From Candidatus Margulisiibacteriota bacterium (GTDB taxonomy: Bacteria > Margulisbacteria > WOR-1 > O2-12-FULL-45-9): a stretch of DNA of 64,000 nt. The notes under the pieces were generated by a model. That model saw nothing but the letters and a program-made list of their open reading frames with translations. It searched no databases and was not told the DNA's origin. How positions within the stretch are numbered: the first letter of the stretch is position 1; each line of letters begins with the position of its first letter. The stretch spans positions 1 through 64,000 of the forward strand of contig JAYEOW010000024.1 in assembly GCA_034723395.1 (NCBI GenBank). The letters run 5' to 3'. Shown in pieces: positions 59,610 through 64,000 of the stretch. The position numbers and the translations under genes are program-made.

Positions 59610-60980
59610 TCATGCTCCTTTTCTTTCCAGTGTTTTCAATGACTCTAATATCCTCCGGGAATATGACCTCTCATCATGATAAACAATATGCGCCAAGCTA
59701 TCTTTTATCTTTTGCCTAATGCCCTTTTCCTGGGAGATCTTCAATACCTTGTTGATCTCTTCCAAAAATCTATCCTTTTCTTTGCATTCTACAAACCACG
59801 GAAATTTCTTTAAATACGTAAAATGTTCTCTTTTTGACATTTCCTGCACAGAATTTGGGCCCGCATGTACACCATCGCTGCATGCCAATCCTAATATTAG
59901 ATTGCCAAAAAGGCCCGCCTCGACCATTACCGAAGAGAACGGTGAAATGATGAAGTCAATCGCATTATACAGATCGAGGAAATTACGCAGGTCCGGGATG
60001 TATCCGCTCTTATGATTCAGGTACGCTCCCCGCATCTCCCCGTCAAAAGTGACGTTTTCGAACTTGCAATCAAAAAACGACTTTTCCTTTATTCTGGCAT
60101 CGCGCTCCGGATGCGGCCGGTATATCACATGAGCATCCTTTAACAATCCCCTGGCGATCAGATCATCGAGCATTATAAGGAAGGAGGTTTCATCGAAGGG
60201 ACGCAACGATCCCCCCAGTAGAATGACCACTTTATCCGCCGGAATACCCAGCCTGCCGAGGTATTCCTTCCTTTTCTTTTCGCGGTCGGTTTTCTTCTGA
60301 AATTCATAATACATTTCGTAATGGGGCACCCCTATACGGAAAATTCTTTCTCTCTTCAGCCCGAAGATCTTCTCACATATATCCTTATTCTGCGTTCCCC
60401 TCTCCAAAATAACGTCCGGCGGCAGGTAAAGGAAAAGCTTGCTACTGGCGTTATCCCATCCGGTGGGAATTACGACGCTTAAAATACCCAGTTCCCTGCA
60501 TATTTTGATCAGGTCGATCCCGATATTCCCCGGCGTGGCAATGGGGATGATCATATATTTAAGGCCCAGAGGCTTTAGTTTTTCTTTCAATTCTTTGTCC
60601 AACGGGATCATCTTTTCGGCCAAATATACCAATACTCTATAAATATAATCGTTAAACAATAGCCGGTACAAATAATATTTTTTCCGTGGTCGGCCGTCCG
60701 GCGCAAAATAACCCCGCGCATAAGTGGAAGAATGCTTTGCCGCCCTAGCAACGAACAACTTAACCAAATATTTCCTGATCTTATCTTTAAAGCGGCTTAA
60801 TTTTGGATCGTACGTTATCGTTTTCCCCTGGAGCAATCCCAGAATCTTGTCGTTCCTGGAATTATTCTCCAGCAAATAATAAACGTCATATTCCCCCTCT
60901 AGGGCGGCAAAGGCCTTCGTCTGGACATATTTCTTATAGATCTCCTCTCCAGACAGATATATCAGTATTTTATTTTTCAT
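59610..60980 (-). CDS. hypothetical protein, candidate CMP-sugar-acid transferase
   Basis: GWDN..SK, IGVPHYE, YRPHP, SSV.VEA; directly downstream of the NeuA-like gene. Confidence 0.55.
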   Translation of the reverse strand: MKNKILIYLSGEEIYKKYVQTKAFAALEGEYDVYYLLENNSRNDKILGLLQGKTITYDPKLSRFKDKIRKYLVKLFVARAAKHSSTYARGYFAPDGRPRKKYYLYRLLFNDYIYRVLVYLAEKMIPLDKELKEKLKPLGLKYMIIPIATPGNIGIDLIKICRELGILSVVIPTGWDNASSKLFLYLPPDVILERGTQNKDICEKIFGLKRERIFRIGVPHYEMYYEFQKKTDREKKRKEYLGRLGIPADKVVILLGGSLRPFDETSFLIMLDDLIARGLLKDAHVIYRPHPERDARIKEKSFFDCKFENVTFDGEMRGAYLNHKSGYIPDLRNFLDLYNAIDFIISPFSSVMVEAGLFGNLILGLACSDGVHAGPNSVQEMSKREHFTYLKKFPWFVECKEKDRFLEEINKVLKISQEKGIRQKIKDSLAHIVYHDERSYSRRILESLKTLERKGA

Positions 60981-61732
60981 GCGCTCTCCGGCATAGGGAA
61001 CGGTTTTTTATCGATCTGCGGCAGATGCGCTTCGCCGTTTTTTAGCATAATATCCGCCAGGGCCCAATCTCTTTCATAATCGATCACAAAACCTTCTTCT
61101 TTACTGGTGAGAAACGGTGCGATTATCTTTCCCTCTCTTGAATTATGCTCCCAAACCACTCGGACCCAGGCTATCTCCAGCGAGCTATTTTGTACGTGAA
61201 CTTTGGGCAGCGCTTGATATTGGCCCGCATGCCAAGGTTTCTCCAGGTGCGATTGGTCCAATAATGGCCTCATCCTGTTCCCTTCAAGAACCCACATTTT
61301 ACCCGGATGTTGTGAACAAAGCTCAACTGCACGCAAAGAATCTATCCCCTCATTGCCCACAAATTCTTTCCAGGCCCGCTTTACAGTTTCCACCGTGCGG
61401 AACGGGCTGGTCGGCCGGATAATACTAAATGCTCCATCTTTTATATCGAGCTCGGTCAATGCATGTTTTATCCATTCGATCCCCGGAGAGGTTGCCGTTG
61501 CGTACTCAGCCGGCCGCAGAAAAGGCGCTTCTGCCCCATAATAAAGCGCGATCTCTCTAAATAACTCGGAATCAGTAGATACGATCACCCGATCAAAAAG
61601 ATTGCTTTGGATCGCAGTTTGAATAGAATAAGCAATTAGCGGATGTCCGCCCAGATAGCGGATATTTTTATTTTTTACCCGCTGCGATCCCGCACGTGCA
61701 GGAATTAATGCAACTACTTTACTCTTTTTCAT
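60977..61732 (-). CDS. acylneuraminate cytidylyltransferase family (NeuA/PseF-like)
   Basis: IPARAGSQRVKNKN, PLIAYSI, VSTDS, FLRP, PTSPFR. Confidence 0.88.
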   Translation of the reverse strand: MKKSKVVALIPARAGSQRVKNKNIRYLGGHPLIAYSIQTAIQSNLFDRVIVSTDSELFREIALYYGAEAPFLRPAEYATATSPGIEWIKHALTELDIKDGAFSIIRPTSPFRTVETVKRAWKEFVGNEGIDSLRAVELCSQHPGKMWVLEGNRMRPLLDQSHLEKPWHAGQYQALPKVHVQNSSLEIAWVRVVWEHNSREGKIIAPFLTSKEEGFVIDYERDWALADIMLKNGEAHLPQIDKKPFPMPESA

Positions 61733-62640
61733 CCATTTTCCCTACTTTCTATCATTTCGATCATACTTTTTATTACAGGAGAATTAAGTCCATACTTTTC
61801 ACCGGTCCTAACCACCGCTCCGGCGATCGCATCGATCTCTGAAGGTCTCCCGGCCAAAACATCACGCTGCATCGAAGTACCTAAGGTCTCAGGCATTGAA
61901 TCGATCTTCTTCATCTCTGCAATCGGATCGATCGTTACTCCATCTTTCGCCGCAATCGATGCTCCTTCTTTAATGCTCCCCTCCAACTTTTCCCGCCAAG
62001 CACTATCGCTGCGGATAAATCCAAGCATTTTTTTAGAAGCAGCCGTGGTACAAGCAAGCGCATTAAGCCTAACTAATTTTCTCCAAACTACTTCTGCCTC
62101 TGAACCTAAAACAGCAGCATCGATCCCGACCTCGGTTAAAATATTTTTAACTTCATCTGCTCCCGTTTTTTTTGCTAATTCGATCCTCACCGTTTTTGTA
62201 GTATGTTGAATATGGTTGGCTGATATTCGTTTTAATTCAACATTCCCAATCGTTGCGGCAATTATCCGATCGCCAAAGATTGATCTTAAGTATTCATTAT
62301 GTTCAATCCCGTTTAACAGCGGGACAATAACTGCATTCTTTGTTCGCTCTGGTTTTATCCGTTTTACCGCATTCTTTAGATAAGTAGCTTTGGTTGTGAT
62401 AAAGATAATATCAGCATCAGTATCAAGCTCACTGATAACTTTTGGCTTAACCGTAAAATCACCAAACACTTTACTCTCAAGCCTGATACCTTTTTCTTCA
62501 ATCTCTTTGCCTGAGGTCTCTTCATCAATACAGACCACATTATAACCATACTTTATCAGCAAAGCCGTCAGGAAACCCCCTACCGCTCCCGGACCTAAAA
62601 TCGCGATTGATATATCCTTATTTTTCCCAGGGATGGGCAC
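61729..62640 (-). CDS. ketopantoate reductase family oxidoreductase
   Basis: GPGAVGG, LLNG, WRKL..LN, TSMQRD..AGRPSEIDAI.G; probable GTG at 62640. Confidence 0.82.
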   Translation of the reverse strand: MPIPGKNKDISIAILGPGAVGGFLTALLIKYGYNVVCIDEETSGKEIEEKGIRLESKVFGDFTVKPKVISELDTDADIIFITTKATYLKNAVKRIKPERTKNAVIVPLLNGIEHNEYLRSIFGDRIIAATIGNVELKRISANHIQHTTKTVRIELAKKTGADEVKNILTEVGIDAAVLGSEAEVVWRKLVRLNALACTTAASKKMLGFIRSDSAWREKLEGSIKEGASIAAKDGVTIDPIAEMKKIDSMPETLGTSMQRDVLAGRPSEIDAIAGAVVRTGEKYGLNSPVIKSMIEMIESRENG

Positions 62641-63793
62641 GAATAACCTCCTCATTCAGCTCTAATCCCCAGCCGGGTCGCTGAGGAACGGTCATATAGC
62701 CATCTCTGATCTCCGGAACTTCGGTCACGATCTCATCTTTCCAGGGGACATCATCAATATCCACTTCAAGGATCTTAAGATTTGGTATCGCCGCGCAAAA
62801 CTGGGCGCTAATAAACGTGGAGAGATGGCTATAATAATTATGCGGAGTAACATTTATCTCATAAAGCTCTGCCATATCAGAAATCTTCTTCGACTGGATA
62901 AAACCGTTCCAGATAATATCTATACTACAGACATCCATCGCATGTTTTTCCAGGTAAGGGCGATAATCTCTGGTTGTATATAGATTTTCACCGGAACAGA
63001 TCGAAGTTCTGGCCGATTGTTTAATCTTCAACAACGCATTTGGATCGTAGGAGTCGATCTCCACCCAGAAAAGATTATATTTCTCTAACGCTTGGGCTAT
63101 TTTAATATACCCTTCGGTTTTAAAATTAAAATTCAGGTCGAGGATTATTCCAACATCATCTCCGGTCCCCCTGCGAAACGCGCTGATCTGTGAATTAATC
63201 GTGTCAATTATCTTATTGTTCACGTTAAGCTCAGGGCTGCCTAATCCACCCTTAAATCCAGGCATATAGACTGTTGGATTTTCTCCCGTAAAAATAATAT
63301 TAGTTTTTAGCGCGGTAAACCCTCTGGTTTTAACTTCATTCCCCAACTTTTCTATATCGCCTAGTGTCTTTAATGGATCTTTACCGACCATCTGCCATGC
63401 TCTGGCTCTGGTTGTGCCGCAATGCGACCAATAGACTTGCACTTTGTCCCTGATCGGACCGCCAAACAGTTCATATACCGGAACTCCTAAAGCCTTCGCT
63501 TTAATATCTAATAAAGCATTTTCTATGCCACCAATTGCCTTTTGGATAATACTTCCAGGACTTTGACGTGTTATCGAATACAAATCCCAGTATATTTTCT
63601 CTACCGGCCGTGGATCTTTACCAATTAAGTGCTTTTTTAAATTCTCTATTACTCCTTTAATTCCTAATGGCGAACCATGCGAATCTGTACATTCACTGTA
63701 ACCGACAATACCTTCATCAGTTGTTATTTTAATAAATAACCAAGGTCTCCATCCAGCATCACACTGTAGTAACTCAACATCTTTTATTTTCAT
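62618..63793 (-). CDS. mandelate racemase / galactonate dehydratase-like enolase superfamily enzyme
   Basis: WLFIKITTDEG.VG, ALLDIKAKALGVPVYELFGG, GENL, PHN, PGWG. Confidence 0.88.
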   Translation of the reverse strand: MKIKDVELLQCDAGWRPWLFIKITTDEGIVGYSECTDSHGSPLGIKGVIENLKKHLIGKDPRPVEKIYWDLYSITRQSPGSIIQKAIGGIENALLDIKAKALGVPVYELFGGPIRDKVQVYWSHCGTTRARAWQMVGKDPLKTLGDIEKLGNEVKTRGFTALKTNIIFTGENPTVYMPGFKGGLGSPELNVNNKIIDTINSQISAFRRGTGDDVGIILDLNFNFKTEGYIKIAQALEKYNLFWVEIDSYDPNALLKIKQSARTSICSGENLYTTRDYRPYLEKHAMDVCSIDIIWNGFIQSKKISDMAELYEINVTPHNYYSHLSTFISAQFCAAIPNLKILEVDIDDVPWKDEIVTEVPEIRDGYMTVPQRPGWGLELNEEVIRAHPWEK

Positions 63794-64000
63794 AGTTTAC
63801 CTCCGCAAAGGTTAACAACCTCATCAACAATTTTCTTAATCGTTAATCCTTCTTCTTCCATAAGGCAAGTTGCGGAACCAACCCCGCAGAATTTATCATT
63901 AATTCCTATTCGTTTTACTTTCGCATTCCCTTGTTCCGCAACAACTTCACAAACTGCTCCACCTAATCCGCCTAAAAGATTGTGTTCTTCAACGGTAATA
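63790..64000 (-). CDS. transketolase C-terminal subunit (3' part only)
   Basis: Hand translation ITVEEHNLLGGLGGAVCEVVAE..KRIGINDKF...GGKL*, ATGA overlap with next gene. Confidence 0.8.
   Translation of the reverse strand, partial: ITVEEHNLLGGLGGAVCEVVAEQGNAKVKRIGINDKFCGVGSATCLMEEEGLTIKKIVDEVVNLCGGKL

Overview
Gene-dense 64 kb bacterial chromosomal window, mostly minus strand. Lineage is inferred, not proven, to be a non-photosynthetic relative of Cyanobacteria such as Margulisbacteria/Saganbacteria (CsaB-TagA-DUF5693 cluster, LdpA-like gene, strong CGATCG enrichment). 1-13.9 kb: housekeeping genes (purB, ispG, purC, tagA/csaB, prfB, secA, hpf, comF). 13.9-23.8 kb: glycolysis cluster (tpiA, fba, PPi- and ATP-type PFKs, CofD/YvcK-like gene, pgm, pgi). 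23.8-34.6 kb: ligA-truB-nrnA-rbfA-infB-nusA-groEL-groES with CIRCE. 34.9-64 kb: a large surface-polysaccharide locus (L-FucNAc genes, many glycosyltransferases, two CMP-sugar synthetases, two aldolases, LdpA-like Fe-S protein). Most notable observations: (1) two orphan, synonymously diverged copies of the ligA 3' end, each separated by a small cargo cassette, suggesting serial 3'-end replacement; (2) GC-rich palindromic repeats clustered around a DUF559 nuclease remnant and inserted in-frame in infB and truB; (3) two identical divergent sigma54-type promoters with paired operator-like palindromes upstream of groES; (4) a shared sigma28-like motif before three genes; (5) NusA with a C-terminal IF2-N copy; (6) a candidate aldolase-based ulosonic-acid pathway. 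No rRNA, tRNA or CRISPR array was seen. All family assignments come from motif recognition by eye, without database searches.
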